A stretch of 64,000 nucleotides of DNA from Amoeboaphelidium protococcarum X5 (GCA_023515725.1 JALDTO010000214.1:62001-126000), one strand, 5' to 3'. Shown: positions 26,401-42,119, numbered from the stretch's first letter. Translations and numbers: made by a program. The notes: generated by a model from the sequence alone, not told the origin.

Positions 26401-28728
26401 GAAAGGATTAGTTAACTTTTGTCTGGAATCCTTGTATCCTCTGACCATCACGCCGAAGGTAATAATTTAAAAACGGCCATCAAGTCTATGGATGAATTTG
26501 TAACCGTATTGAAATCCGGGAATTAGTAGGTAGAGTCTCCCCCTGCTAAAGATAATACCGGTAATAGTAATAAGTCGAGTGAACACAAATTAGAGGCTGC
26601 CGTTAAGCAGTGCTTTGAACTCAAAAACGTTGCTGCTACCAGTTTGGCATAAATTGTTTTGACTAACAGCGAGAAGCTTGTCTCTCTGGGCTCTAAGTAT
26701 AACGAAGTGTTTAATAATGTAGTTGGTGTATTAGAGAATGAAGCTTGTAGCATACGCAAAGATTACGCACATGGCTGTGTACATATGCTTCATGAAAGTG
26801 TATCTTAAAGTCCCTCGTTGATGGAGTTGCAGCTGTTCTTGACTCAAGTCTCGAGTATTTTTAATAAAGATGTTTAGAAGTAAGTCTTTAAACGCGTTTT
26901 TGATGCACTGATGTTCATTGTTCAGACGTTCCATAGTAGGAAGGATGTTTGTATTCAGCTGCTAGAATGCTTGGATTGTTACTCACTAGCAGAGCCGCGG
27001 CTGTTTGAAGTTGATGGTATCTTCTCATATCGTTTGCGAGAAGAGCTTCCTCTCCAGATCTTGAGTTTAATTGCTCAGTGGTGGAATTTGGCGTTTGATT
27101 TAGACTATAAAGTAAGTTCAGATATCCTCAGTGATTTGTTTAAGGCTCTGGTCTAAATTTTGATGATTTACGATTTGCGTTCTACTAATAGTGGTGATAA
27201 CATTATTTTTGAAGTCTATACTCTCAATCGCTCTTAAAGCAATGCTAACAAAATTATTATAAAGACTAAGGATGAGTCCAAACTGACTTTGATATAATAA
27301 ACTGTTCTAAAGTTTTGCTTTGGTAATGATCTGAATGTTGATCAAGATATGATGCTTCCAAGTGCGTCGCGTCTCGGTGTTAATCTGAAAGTGTGCTTTA
27401 GTAGTCTTTTGGGGATGCTGAAGACCTTTATCCCTGACAAAGACGAGCAGTTGTGCGTTGTTGATACTTGGACCGACTTTATGACGCGTTTAGTTTCGAT
27501 TGCTTAAGAGGATCTGTATCAAGGCCTAAGCAATGCCTTCATCGATCAATATTTTGGTCTTTAAATGTACTCATTGCCATCTGGTGGTCAACAGTTGTTC
27601 GATAAGTAGTCTACTTTAATCACTGTTGATGATAACAAGTCTGAAAGATTCTGGAAACGATGCAAGTAACATTCTATCGCCGATATAAAGCCTAATAGTT
27701 ATGTATCATTCTAGAAAGCGTTGCTGAAGTCTATTGCTGATCAGGTTTCCGACCAGTAGTTTTGTTAATTAGTAGTAGAGACAAATTTACAGAAATTTGA
27801 ATTATTCTTATAAGCTGCAGGTAGAGTAGTTGAGCTCCAGTGGGATTATGTCTATACAATGCACCCTGAGAATGCCGAAGATAATGCCAATCATGCTGTC
27901 AAGTTGAATGATTTGGCATCACAAGTTCTTACGAGTGGCATATCTGCGATCATGGCATCTCTCAATGATAAGAAGTATCAGAGCAAGATTTAGACTCTGT
28001 GGAATTGCGTAGCTTAATAATTTGCTGTAATTTGTGGATCTTGTTCATAGTACCCACCTCACTTTGTCTCCTTAGAATTGGTGACAGAAATGGATAATCA
28101 GTTTTTGGCTTATTGCGGTTCTGTAACCAAATTGTTGGTCTCATTTGGTGATTATTGTGACAATGACAGTATTAAGCTAATTCTGCAGTCTCTGTCGGAT
28201 CTATCTGATTTAAGCAGTTCAACATCTTAGTAGGCTATATCTGTGTTATCTTCAGAGAGTGGATTCCAGACATTTACCTGCATTCCGACAAAATCCGAAA
28301 ATTTGGTATACTATAGTCTGGATCTGCTCTTTGATTTGTGCTCTCAAGAATCTAGCTTAAGCAAGTCAGTGCCTAATAGAATTGCCGTTATAGCTTATGC
28401 TCAAGTGATTAGTCGATGCAAGTCTGCTATGAATGCCTGGATTAAAAGAAGCGGCGGTGTGAGTAAATTTCCTCAACCAAGATACAAAGTTAAGGAGATC
28501 AAGTATATTCTGCAGAAGTTACTCAAACATAAGTTGAGTATCAGTTATCAGGTTCCCGATTAGGCCCCTCCTGCGATTAAGGCTTTGTATCAACAGAATG
28601 CCAAGTATCTTCATTTGTTGGAGCTGAACAAGTAGCTGTCTAAACTGACCATGTCCAAAGATCGAGAAATATCGAAACTTGCTCAAGATTGCAATGAAAT
28701 TCTAACTGATATGATGTCCATCAAATGA
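23479..28728 (+). CDS. MON2: MON2 (Sec7-related Golgi/endosome trafficking protein)
   Basis: N-terminal SLQNESKRKSPEIK, TAAATLRQL, NCALVGVNLVW, DTNRYEVK; start and stop share a frame, ~1750 codons. Confidence 0.82.
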
Positions 28729-28905
28729 AATGAATAAAATTTAGTTCTCCTTTTGATATTACTCGTTTACTCTCTCTCAATAGCGATTTTGATCGTATTA
28801 TCGTTAGGCAACCATCTTTAAGAGTGTTGATGAAAACTGAATAAATTTCTGAAATTCTTATTGATCCGATCAAAGCTAAAACCAAAATAATAATATAACA
28901 TTTTA

Positions 28906-30198
<1,293 letters not shown>

Positions 30199-30388
30199 AA
30201 TAGATTATTAAAATTTTTGCTTATTAAGTATTCTTTTTTTAGATTCAATATGCTTATTCCCTCTTGATTGTGAAGCACTCAGAGAGAAATCTACAATAGC
30301 CGGACGAACCTTCTCTTCTTCTCTCCAATTTGATTAAGCAGTATCACTCAATCCCTTATACTAGTAGTGAAATATTAACAGGAACGAC

Positions 30389-32731
30389 ATGACAATGATG
30401 AAAGAGCCAGCGATGGAGTTTAAATAGCTGTTTCCAAAGATGGAGGTGCCAGTATATAATTACATCCAATCTTATATCCAGGATGTTTAAGGTGGCAAGA
30501 GCGGTGTGACTTAGGATGAGTTTATCGACTTTGTCTAACCATTTGTACGCGACCTTGAAGTATCTTTGGACTTGGGAGATGGTTCGCTGGTGGAATAATT
30601 TACTGAGTTCACAACCAAGTTTTATGATCAATATGATTTGAAGGATAAGCAGGTGGTGGAGGAGAGGCCGTAAGAATTGGATGCTATTCTGATGGATCAA
30701 CTGGATCAATTCAATCGCAGCACTCAACTATCTCTATTGACAGCACCCAAGAAGAAGACGGATATTGCCATGCTGAAAGGTAGAGAGCGTAACGTGGCAG
30801 AGATGACTGAGGCCGAGAAGAAGAAATTGTTGAAGGCTGAGCTCAAGTTGTAGAAGAAGTAGGAGTCGCGTAATGGATACGCTCAGTATCAATCGTATGT
30901 TGATATAAAGGGCGATCGCACTGATTACACCAGGTAGAATACAGCGATTGATCCAGAGCTGGCCAAAGGTAAGAGTAGGGATATCAAGCTGGATAATTTC
31001 GATATCTCGTTCGGTGGTAAGCAGATTCTGGAGAGCGCCTCTGTCACGTTTGCATTCGGGCGCCGTTATGGTCTGGTTGGTAAGAACGGTGTCGGTAAAT
31101 CTACGTTGTTGAGATTCATATCGCGGCGTCAGGTGTAGGCCGCCAGTAGTAAAGATGGTGTGCCAGAGTATTTGCGTATCCTGCACGTTGAGTAAGAGAT
31201 TGAGGGCACTGATCAGAGTATTGTGGATTGTGTGCTTGAAGGTGATGTCTATCTCACCAACTTGGTCAGGCAGGAAGCTGATTTGTAAGAGAGACTAAAG
31301 TAGGCGACGTTGGTTAACGATAAACTGTTGACGGAGTAGCTGTCTGATTAGTTGAAGACTGTTTGGACTAAAATGCAGGCCGTTGAAGCAGATAAAGCTA
31401 GATCTAGAGCATCTGTTATTCTAGCTGGTCTCGGTTTTACGGAGGATTTGCAGTAGCGGGCCACCAAGACATTCAGTGGTGGAAAGAGGATGGCTATTGC
31501 TCTTGCTAGAGCTCTGTTTTGCAAACCGGATGTCCTCTTCCTCGATGAGCCTTCTAATCACTTGGATTTCCCTTCGGTGCTCTGGCTTGAAAATTATTTG
31601 AGTGAATGGCCTAACACTTTGGTGGTGGTGTCTCACGATCGTGATCTATTAGATAATGTGTGTACAGATATAGTTCATATGCACAATCATCGCGTTGACT
31701 AGTACAAGGGCAATTATACGGCATTTCTTGGCATCAGGGATGAGCGTAGAAAGAATTAGCAGCGTGAATATGAATCTCAATTGCAATACCGATAGCACTT
31801 GTAAGATTTCATCGACAGGTGGAGATATAATGCAAAGCGTGCTGCCCAAGCTCAGAGTAAGATTAAAATACTCGAGAAATTGCCAGAACTTAATCCCCTG
31901 GAAGATGATGGCATTGATGAAGGAGAGTTGAAGTTGAGATGGCCAGATCCGTCTGATAAGCTTAGTATGCCTATTCTCCAAGCAGACAATGTTAGCTTTA
32001 CTTATGAGTAGGTGAATGATAAAGCAGCTGCAGAACAGCAACTCAGATGGATTTTACGGAATGTCAACTTTTCAGTCAATTTGGATAGTCGTGTTGCCCT
32101 GATTGGAGGTAATGGACAAGGTAAAACTACACTGTTGAAGTTGTTAATGGGACATATGGAGCCAACGAAAGGATACGTGCATAGAAATGGAAAGTTGAGA
32201 ATCGCGTACTTTGCACAGCACCACATTGATGCGCTCGAGGCTGATTAGAATGCCATGCTTGCGTCTCCTGTGTAGTTTCTACATTCCAAATATCCTGATC
32301 AGTCTGAAGAGTAACTACGAGGCCTCTTGGGTCGATTTGGAATAACCGGTGCAACGGCTCTGTAGCCGATGAGGACATTGAGTGGTGGACAGAAGAATCG
32401 TGTGGTGTTTGCACTTATGGCTGCCCAGAATCCTCACATTCTGATATGTGATGAGATCACTAACAATCTGGATATTGCCACAGTCGGCTCTCTGGTGAAA
32501 GCACTTAATCCAAAGACTGGATTCAAAGGAGGTGTGTTGGTGGTCAGTCACGACGCGAGATTTGTGGATGCTGTCTGTAATGAGATGTGGATTGTCGCTG
32601 ATGGTAGTGTCACAAAGTATCATCCAACATCAACTGCTTCCATCTACGATCCTGACAAGATTGAGGGATCTAGTGGTATTATGGAGTACAAGCAAAAGAT
32701 TTTGGATGCAATCAACAGTAAGAAGTAGTGA
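30389..32731 (+). CDS. GCN20: ABC-F ATPase GCN20/ABCF3
   Basis: Two NBDs ([18 protein letters not shown]; [15 protein letters not shown]), [20 protein letters not shown] linker, no TM segments. Confidence 0.9.
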
Positions 32732-33217
32732 TATTTGTGCATTCCCTAATATACTTACGAAATGTGTCATGTTATAATTCACTTTATTATTGTTCAATAT
32801 TAAACTGCCCATATTCAGATCATTTGATATCTTGCGTGTTGAGCGGATTATGGTAACTGTGAACAGAACTTGATAAAGACCTAAAGCATATCTTATACCA
32901 TCTCTATTGGTCCATTTCAGAGCGATCTTGGTAGCCTGGCTTAAGTCTGTCTACGGTATGAGGCGCAGCTAAGTTACGGCCCGCGTATGGACGCGTCGCT
33001 TTACTGATCGACTGAAGAGCCGGGTGTTGGACAACCTTGTTAGTCACTCGACTACTGGTGAGAAAGATTTTTCGCGCAAGACGTGGCGCCTATCGCCCCT
33101 AAGTTTTAAGTGCCGGTATTGCGTGCCTTAAATTGCCGTCTTCCTCTTCACCTAATATTCGCTAACTGATAAACATTCGTCTTGATTATATATCCTTCTA
33201 GGTGAACATTGATTAAT

Positions 33218-33931
33218 ATGAAGACTGCTTTTACTGTAATTGCTCTGTGTGCTGTCGCTTCTGCTATGCCTAGCTGGATGGAGATGCTGGTGTTCAAGAC
33301 TGAGTTGGGCCTGGATCGTCCTCTGTCATCCTATGCCGGTGTTGTCGCTGCTGCTGCTGTCAAGGATGAACTGCCTTTGCCAAAGCAGTACCATGCTAGC
33401 TCGCTGTTCTTCCTCAATACCACCTCCTCGCCTATGTTTTTTGAAGAGTGGATTGATTTTTCTGCTATGAAAGCCAAAGCTAATGTCCAAAGCTAGAACT
33501 TCAATTCCACCCTCTTCTTTGTCGACAGCAAATTGTACAGCTTCTCATAGAAGAACTCTGATGGTGATGTCGACTGTATTAGTTATGAAGGCGATGGCAG
33601 CTCAGCTCCTTAGAAATCTTACAAGTTTGAGCGTACTCAGTTCTATGCTGGCAAATTGGTCGACTCTTACAAGTACTCCGAGAAGGATGGTGAAGTGACT
33701 GATCGCTATTTTGTTGATGTCAGTACCAACGACTGGGTCGCAAAAGAGTTGAATGTTCGCAATGGTTTTTATAATTTAAAGTCTTCCACTTACTACTTTG
33801 ACTTTAACACTGACAAGATTGAGAAGAGCGTGTTCAATATTCCTACTAACGTTGAGTGCAAGCCACAGCAACTGCTAACTGCTGACATTCCTGAGGCTGT
33901 AAAGGAGTATGTGAAGAGATTCCGTTTTTGA
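33218..33931 (+). CDS. Secreted protein, possibly ependymin-related/LolA-fold
   Basis: Signal peptide MKTAFTVIALCAVASA; LPKQYHA...EEWIDF and terminal SVFNIPTNVEC pattern. Confidence 0.55.
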
Positions 33932-34120
33932 GTTCTATCTGGCTAGTTGAATTAATGAATAATTTTGGAAGTTATGAAAGGGAATGAAATATGAGTAATG
34001 AGGAATATTAAAAAATGTAATGCAACTGTAACTTTTACTACTTCTTTTTGTGAGTAACAGCAGCATGGACGTACAGTATAAAGTACTAAAGGCTATCAAT
34101 CCCAAGCTTGTGTCAAGTAA

Positions 34121-35818
34121 TCACACTATATATTTATACGGATTCATGATGTGGTGAGGATCAAAGATGCTCTTGATCTGCTTCATAAAGTGGATCGATT
34201 GAGACGTCTTGCTGTAACCGACATAGTCCCTCTTCATTACACCTAGACCATGTTCCGCGCTTATAGAACCACCATGCTTCTGAGTCCACTCATACACCCA
34301 CGGCTCCAGGCATGATTACACCTTCTCACTATATCCCTTGGCACTAACATTCAAATGAAGATTACCATCGCCAACATGACCATAACCTATAACGTCATTC
34401 ACAATATTATTCTGTTCATGATTAGACTAAAAGATGCCACATGATCGCAGATGTTATTTGGTATCTTCCACAAGCTTGTATAGAACAGGAACCGGCATTG
34501 AAATGTCATACTTGTATACAGCGCCAGATTTAGAGCAAGCCTCTGGAATTCCCTCTCGGATGGACCAAATCTGGTTGGCTTATGCACGATCCTGTGCTAG
34601 CACACCGTCGACTATTACCTGATCATCATCATCCATCATGTCACTGAGAAAAGACTGTAACTTGTCCTGGTCATGTTCCATATTAGATCCCGATGTTTCC
34701 AGAAGAACATAGAAATCCTACTTAGAGTTGACATTGGTACCAACAGATGATGAGACATTCTATGAAGACAATGGAGATCTGACGTGAGGCATCTACTAGT
34801 GCACCATCTAAAAGGCAGAAGAATCGAAAAACTCAAAAGCACTTACAATCTCTGCCAATCGTGATTTGGCCGCCAGGTATAGTTTCTAAACTTTCTAAAA
34901 AGAGTCCAGCTTGAGTAATGCCACATTAATAGATTGAGATAGAGGAGGTGTTAGTATGGACACTGCGGTAATCACCCCTAGATACCCTTCACTGCCAATG
35001 AATAACCCACGCAGATCAAGGCCAGTGTTATCCTTTCGCAGGCCCTTCAAGTCACTTATGACAGTTGCATATTACAAGGATGTATCCTCCGTATCTAAAT
35101 TTGAATTACCGCCAACATTGCTAATGCCGGACGGTACGACAGCTTCAAGTCCCAGTACAGTACCTCTCAAACTTCCATATCTCAGTAGTCTAAGACCACC
35201 AGCATTAGTTGCTACGTTGCCTCCAATTTAGCAAGATCCCTTAGCACCAAGATCTAAAGGCATGACGTGTCCTCTCTCAGTCGCGTAGTCGTTCAGCGTC
35301 TCCAATATACAACCAGCCTGCGCAGTGAGAACACCAGATATCGGATCAAAGTTAATAATCTTGTTCATGAGTGAGGTGGACAGTATGACTTCATCATAGA
35401 CGGGTACACTTCCACCAACAAGACCAGTATTACCACCCTGAGGTACAACGGCCAAGTTTTAATGAGCACAATAACTCAGAATCTGCTGCACTTGACGCGT
35501 ACTTTCGGGCATAACAACAAGCTAACTCTCACCTCGGTACTTGTTCATCCAATCGCAGTTGAATTACTTCAGATCATCAGAATATGCAGCATTAGCTCCA
35601 CCGTTTTACCCATCACCTAAAGAAGTTAAAACCTTAGCACCAATCACCCGACGAAAGTAATCCACATCAGCGCTTTGAAGCTACACACTCACAAGAAGTT
35701 TAAAGACTTTAAAAATAACTACAATGACAAAGACTCTAATGGAAGAAAATACCTTTTTGTAAGCGGCATTACGCGGAATATAGGTAGAACCAAATCTCAA
35801 GCTCTACTTTAGCATCAT
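34121..35818 (-). CDS. D2HGDH: D-2-hydroxyglutarate/D-lactate dehydrogenase (FAD-linked; 1 intron)
   Basis: [54 protein letters not shown]; intron ~35682-35752. Confidence 0.92.
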
Positions 35819-35950
35819 CTTGTAGTCGCCAGTGATTTAAACTTTCCCCCGACAACGTTTCAACCGTTTGGACAAAAACTTGCTGAAGTAGTTGATGCTT
35901 CGTAACAGCGATACTGAACGACCCAAAATTAAGCATTTCACCAGATAGCT

Positions 35951-36481
35951 ATGATATATCACGCATTACTAAGGATAACGACCCGGTTATTCAAATGCCC
36001 GGCAGCTCATCTTCATCCTCTTGACAAGATTTTGTTTAAACAATCTGCTGAGGATATCATTGCTGATTTGGATCAGCTCATTGCCTAGTTGAACACTTAC
36101 TGTGAAAGTGATCAGCTAAATTCACTACAGCGATGGAAGTTGGTGATTTGTGTAAGACTTGCTGCGTACTTTGACTGTAATGTAAAGAATGAGGAGGAGG
36201 AGCTAGTTTCCGTGTTCACTACTCTAATAACAAGGCGTAATAGGCATTTAATAAAAGTTGATTTACGCGTATTAAAAGATATCATGGAAGCTCTTCACGA
36301 GATATTTTATTAGATTTAATCATCTGTGAAGCATCCCGAGTAAAATCTTATCTGCAAAGAATCTCATAGATTAGATGTAGGTGCAAGCGCGGTATAGAAA
36401 CTTGAACTGGGTCCCTTTGACAAGTTATTTGATTTGTAATAGGGTTGTATACTTGACAGTACAGTACATGGAATGAATTGA
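35951..36481 (+). CDS. Hypothetical protein
   Basis: 176-codon ATG-to-TGA frame under table 6; no recognisable motif. Confidence 0.45.
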
Positions 36482-37170
36482 GCAAAGCTGGTGTCTGGTA
36501 GGCATCGCCGGATTGTCAAAATTAAAAAATGGTTGTATGTGGAGTACATCATGAAGATAGATTCTATAAAATGCTCTTAAATATTCCAAAGGAGTTATTG
36601 AATACTACCAAGAAGACAGACCAACAAGGAGAGTATTGGATGATTGAAACACACGAGTTCATAATGTTTAAATATCCTGGAGAAAGGTGTCAACCAACTC
36701 ACTCTATGTGAATATGGTAATGATTATTCATCCAATATATCGTGGTGTCTCTTCCACCGATTACTCTTATATTCTGACGCGTCAATGAGCCTAATAATGG
36801 TTAAGACGTCTGTTACATTCGCGCTTGCATTTAATGTAATTTTAGACAGCCTTATCCTTGGGAAAAGCCTACTACATATCTATAAAATCCGCAGATTATA
36901 GGACAATCTAATTGATGAAACGCGTTCATAGATATTGTATAATTATTTAATCTCTGTATTGCGTATTTTATTGCTTATATCATCTCGATACAGCTAATTA
37001 TCATGAAATTGCACTTTTCAGTGTTGGGTGAAGCATGATCTCCGACAATCGGCGTTCTGCTCCAATTATTACTGAAAATCGTCACCAGCGACAATTAATA
37101 AGTCTACGCGGTCTAGTGTGTAAATCTGTATTATATTGGAAATAATTTAAAATTTCATTTAACTTTGAGA

Positions 37171-38289
37171 ATGCTGACGAAGAAGAACTGGGTGGATCTG
37201 GGCCTCTTAGTTGTTGGTTAGGTGGTTCTTTGGTATGGACTTAAGTATGCTCTGAAGGAATTGGATCCAATGCGTAAGAAGAAGGACCAGAGTGTGCTCA
37301 AGTCCAAATCAATCTTGCAACGACTTGGTCTGAAATCTTCTGCATCCAATGATTTGAATGAATATGAGTAGATTATAGCCACAGAGATTGTTCATCCTGA
37401 TGATTTGAACGTGCGATTCAGTGATATTGGTGGAATTGAGAACTTGATTGAAGATATTAAAGAGACTGTACTCTATCCTCTTGTCCTCTGTTAATAATTA
37501 TAGAATTCTTAATCTACTGATATCCAATAATCCTCGGACGATAGTAATAATGTTAGAAAGTAGAATTCAGGCTTAAATAGTCTCATAAGTCCACCTAAGG
37601 GAGTTCTCTTCTATGGCGAGCCCGGTAATGGTAAGACTATGCTGGCGAAAGCACTAAGTAAAGAGTCTAATGCCACTTTTATTAATCTACACGTATCAAC
37701 TCTGACAGAGAAATGGTTTGGCGAGTCGCAAAAGTTGGTCCATGCTCTATTTAGCCTGGCCAAGAAGTTGTAGCCGTCAATTATTTTCATTGATGAGATT
37801 GATGCCTTCCTGAGGGAGAGGTCCCAGTCTGATCACGAGGTGACTGGGATGATGAAGGCTGAATTCATGTCGCTGTGGGATGGACTACTCAATGATAGTT
37901 AGGATGCTATAATTATTCTTGGTGCAACTAATAGAGCACAGGATATAGATAAAGCATTCTTGAGGCGTATGCCAAAGAGATACTTGGTTCCTATGCCAGA
38001 CAGGTCGGCGCGATTGAAGATTCTTGATGTCATATTGAAAGGAGTGCCTATAGCTGACCGTGATGCTACACTGCAGTATGTCGCTGATAATACTCAGAAT
38101 TGTAGTGGAAGTGACTTGAAAGAGTTGTGTCGTGAAGTGGCACTGATTCCTATGCGTTAAATGTTGAAAAAGAACTAAGGTGATACAGGTGGAGTTTAGC
38201 TGGGTAATGAGGCAGTCAGATAATTAACATTGCAAGACTTTAAATTGTGTCTATCCAAGAGTGGTCTTTAAAGTGAAGATATTGACTGA
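37171..38289 (+). CDS. MSP1: Membrane-anchored AAA ATPase Msp1/ATAD1
   Basis: N-terminal TM; [55 protein letters not shown]. Confidence 0.92.
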
Positions 38290-38381
38290 TAATGAAGGTC
38301 TTCCCTTATCAAATTAAAATTTAAAATCATCCATAATTTACACCAAGTTAAGCAACATAATTACAACTTTAATAATCAAAA

Positions 38382-39773
38382 TCACTCTTCTTTCCCAATG
38401 CTGACACTTTCAGATGCACCAACACCTTGGCCGTCGCCCATCTTCTTCAGATGAGACAGGTGACCTCCAATGGCTTCCCAGTACGTGTCTTTCACTCGGT
38501 AACGGATTCCATACTCCTGACAAGTCTTCATTACGATAGGAGTAATCTCTGGATAATAGTGCTGGCAAATGTTGGGGAATACGTGGTGGATAACCTGATA
38601 GTTAAGAGAGCCGGCAAAGTTAGTCCAAAAGAATGAGTTATGAGCATAATCTTGAGCAGTGACAACCTGCATCTCGGCCCAGTCCATACTGATCTCATTC
38701 TAATCATTAGGTAGTGGCCACTCGACATCATCCACGACATGATTAGCCTGGAACGTCAACGCCAACCAGTAACTGGACACCAGATCCGCAATCACAAAGT
38801 TGATCAGCACACGGGCAACAGACACCTGAGAGAAGAGCAGCGGTACCACAAAGCGGTAGAATACAAAGAACGCCTTACCAGCAATGAACACAGTGGAATG
38901 CCATAACTCTGGAGGATTGACACGGATCGAGTCGTTCTTCTTCTCAATGAACAGAAGATTTACATCCTGCAGACGCACCTTCATTCCAAGGACTCCATAC
39001 AGAAATGGTACAAAGTACTACTGATTAACATATCTAGAATACCAACGCTGTGATGGCTTAATGCGGCGAACGTCAGGATCGCTGGTGGTAATATCAGGGT
39101 CGGCATTGGCGATGTTAGTGTATGGATGATGTCCCAACATGTGCTAATAACACCAATTCAAGTAGGATGCACCGTTAATGAAATCATGCAAAGCCCCGAG
39201 GCATCTCCACACCCACTAGCTATTAGTCATGGCACAGTGCGATGCATCATGCAAAGGCAGTAGACCCACTTGAGCACATGCGAATCCCAGAATTGCAGCA
39301 CATACACCAGACAGTAGAGGAGAACTGGCGATAGAATTAGCGAAGAACTGGCAGTAATAAGACAAAGCGACAGTTGCCAACACAATAGCATAGCGCGCCA
39401 ACATTGACCAATGGAACTTTGGATTCTACTTGGTATCTTTAAAATACTAGTTGATTCTAGTCTTCATGACATTGAAGAACTCGCTGCGACGCTAAAAGAC
39501 TGGCAGTTCATTATTGGACACGCTGCCAATCAGAAACTTGTTCAAAGTCTTCTCAGCTTTCACTGCATTCATGTGATAGGTATCAAAGACCTGGCTAGCA
39601 TCTCGACCAGCTGCCAGCAGAATGACATCCGAACCAGCGGGATGTTTATCGATCCACTGTGTGACATCATACACCTTGCCATGAACTGTGACCCAGGCAC
39701 TCTTTCGGGTGTTGTGCTCAGCGACTTCTTACCAAGTATAGGACTTTAGTGAATCTTGCACTACAACAGGCAT
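38382..39773 (-). CDS. Front-end (Delta-5-like) fatty acid desaturase with cytochrome b5 domain
   Basis: HPAG heme motif; His boxes HDASH, QHMLGHH, QVIHH; DWAEMQV.TAQDY. Confidence 0.92.
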
Positions 39774-40150
39774 ACTACTACAAAACACAGGAATAAGGTG
39801 AAGAGAATTGATGTAATTAAAATCTCAAGACAGAGCAGGGAAAGCGGGTAAGAAAGGCCTTTTCATGCGGCCCGGCGCGATTGCCGATTGTTTGAAATTT
39901 TGTTTGCCGTCATGAATTATTTGAAGTGTTTCTATACTGTACCGTGCTAACACGTCATCTATTGTGTGCTGTCGAAAATTTATTTACTTGAAGAACAGTT
40001 GTACAATAAGCTTTCAGAAAATTGCCAAAAAGCTTCGTGTATTCTATAGTGGAACAAACGGACAAAACAGTCGTGATTGAGCAACTTTCCAACATGAGCC
40101 AATTGTATTTTTCAACGCTCCCTGTATTTGGCAAAGCATCTCTTACCATA

Positions 40151-40168
40151 GTGTGTGTGTGTGTGTGT
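40151..40168. repeat. (GT)9 microsatellite
   Basis: Direct reading. Confidence 0.9.
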
Positions 40169-40507
40169 CACGCAGAGTATCATTTACGATCAAGTGAGAA
40201 TTCTGACTTTGTTCGTGTCACATCAATGATTTCCATCTTCAGAGGGGGGAGGTCAACTAGATCGATTAAAACCTGACTGATTGGCCAGAATGCAATGTAA
40301 CAATCTTTTGCGCCACTCGAATCTGCCTTTGCTCTAATCAGGCGTTGTTTCAAAGCCAATCACAGCTCTGCATTGATTGATCACTAGATCTCTGTACTTC
40401 TAGGCCTAACTTGAATTACTTCTCTTTCTTTATTTAATCCAAAACATTATATAGTTAAAAAATATAATATATATACATAAGTCTTAACAACAACAATAAT
40501 AGTAAAC

Positions 40508-41065
40508 ATGCAATATTAGTTATTTACCATAATCGCGTCTCTTGCTGCTCAAATCTACTCTCAGTCCTATGCAATCAATAATCCTATCAAAGGCACCGTT
40601 TGGAAGGCTGGCGATAACGTCAAGATTGGCTGGGTCAAGGCTGGTGGCAGCGGCCCTTCCACCGTGTCTCTGGATCTCGTCACTGGTGATTCAAACAATC
40701 TGAAAGTGGTGGAAAGTATTGGTGCGAATATCCCTGCTGATTCAGGGTCTTTCAATTGGTAGGCACCTAGCACTTTGCCTGCCGGTGGTGATTACTCTGT
40801 GCGTATCACGGCTGGTGGCTCTGATGTGAATTACTCTCACGCTTTCGTGCTTGAGGGTGGATCGCCTACTGCTAGTAACAAAACTACTAATGCTACTGCA
40901 ACTTCCACCACCAAGAAATCCACTGCTACTCCTACCAATAAGAAGAATGGCACCAGCAGTGATAACAAGAATAGCAACTCTAGCAATGACGCGTCTGAAG
41001 TGATGATGAACCTTTAGTTTGTCGCGTTTGCGATCGCTACTGCCATGGCATGTTATGCTTTCTGA
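40508..41065 (+). CDS. Secreted Ser/Thr-rich, probably GPI-anchored surface protein (Kre9/Knh1-like N-terminal Ig fold)
   Basis: Signal peptide; INNP..GTVWKAG...I.W, GSFNW..P..LPAG.DY, NYSHAF; S/T stalk; hydrophobic tail. Confidence 0.8.
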
Positions 41066-41249
41066 TCTAACTCGCTGGTAGTAGTAAAAGGTCACATTAA
41101 TGGCCCTTATTTAAAGCGGTTTCTAATTTAAGTTTGATTGAATAATGTTATTTTGAATAATAAGCTTCAAACATATTATTTAAGTCTTTTCTTTTATATA
41201 TTCTGTTCATTATTAGTCGATGATTAGGATTCAGCCTGAAGCCGAGTTT

Positions 41250-42119
41250 TCAACCGTCGTGATCATCCAGGTCTTCCTAATCATCTTCTGAAGAGAACAC
41301 TTCATCTTCAAATGCAGACTTATCAAATACGACAACTTCAGACTCATCATCATCTGCACCATCGCTCGTGGCCAGAGCAATATTTCGTTCAAATATTTAT
41401 CTTCCCGTCATCTTGTTCGAATCTGCCGCTATTTGCTGCTACTATCTTTGATGTTTTTGAGCATTGCGCCATGCATTAAACTTCTCTTTCCACGCTCTAA
41501 ACGTCTCTTCTGTTATCGGAGTGCCTGCATTCCTCTTCCTCTCCGCTTCTTACTCTTCTGCCAGCCGCTTCTACTCTTCTTCATGCTTGTGATTATCAAC
41601 CAGCTGCTGAATAAAAGCATCAAGGCCATCTTTGAGATGTTGTACAAGTTGAAAGACACACGGCATCTCAGCGTATTCATGCGCAGATTGCTCTAGCTCT
41701 GTCAGCCATTGACGCGTCTAATCTTTCATCTATTTCCGCATTCTATCAGGTACATTTTCCATCTCAATATGCATTACAGGTGCATCAGATGGATAGCTAG
41801 CACAAAGCGAAAATGCCAGGGAAACTGTTATTTCTAGACAATCCGTCCATTCTGGCGCGTCATCCATACAAATATCCTAATCTGGAGATATTCTTACTAC
41901 AACAACAGTATTATCTTTAATATTCGCGTTCGAGGCGTCATCAACTTGGAGAGCACTTAGAGCGTCAATCAATCGGTCATCTCCATCAATTTATAGCTGA
42001 GAGGCAAAATCTGGATCGAGTTCAACAATACTTTTAGATAATCGAACCACTCTAAGTTCTTCAGGGTATATAGCTAAAAGAGCCTCCAACTCATCTCTTT
42101 ATTCTTACGCGTTATTCAT
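41250..42119 (-). CDS. RWD domain protein (RWDD1/Gir2-like)
   Basis: EQRDELEALLAIYPEE, YPSDAP, MTGRQIFE, acidic tail. Confidence 0.85.

Noticed and set aside
36529-36711. 60-aa ORF after the hypothetical gene
   Set aside because: Too short and without motifs; it could be an extra exon, but nothing supports that.
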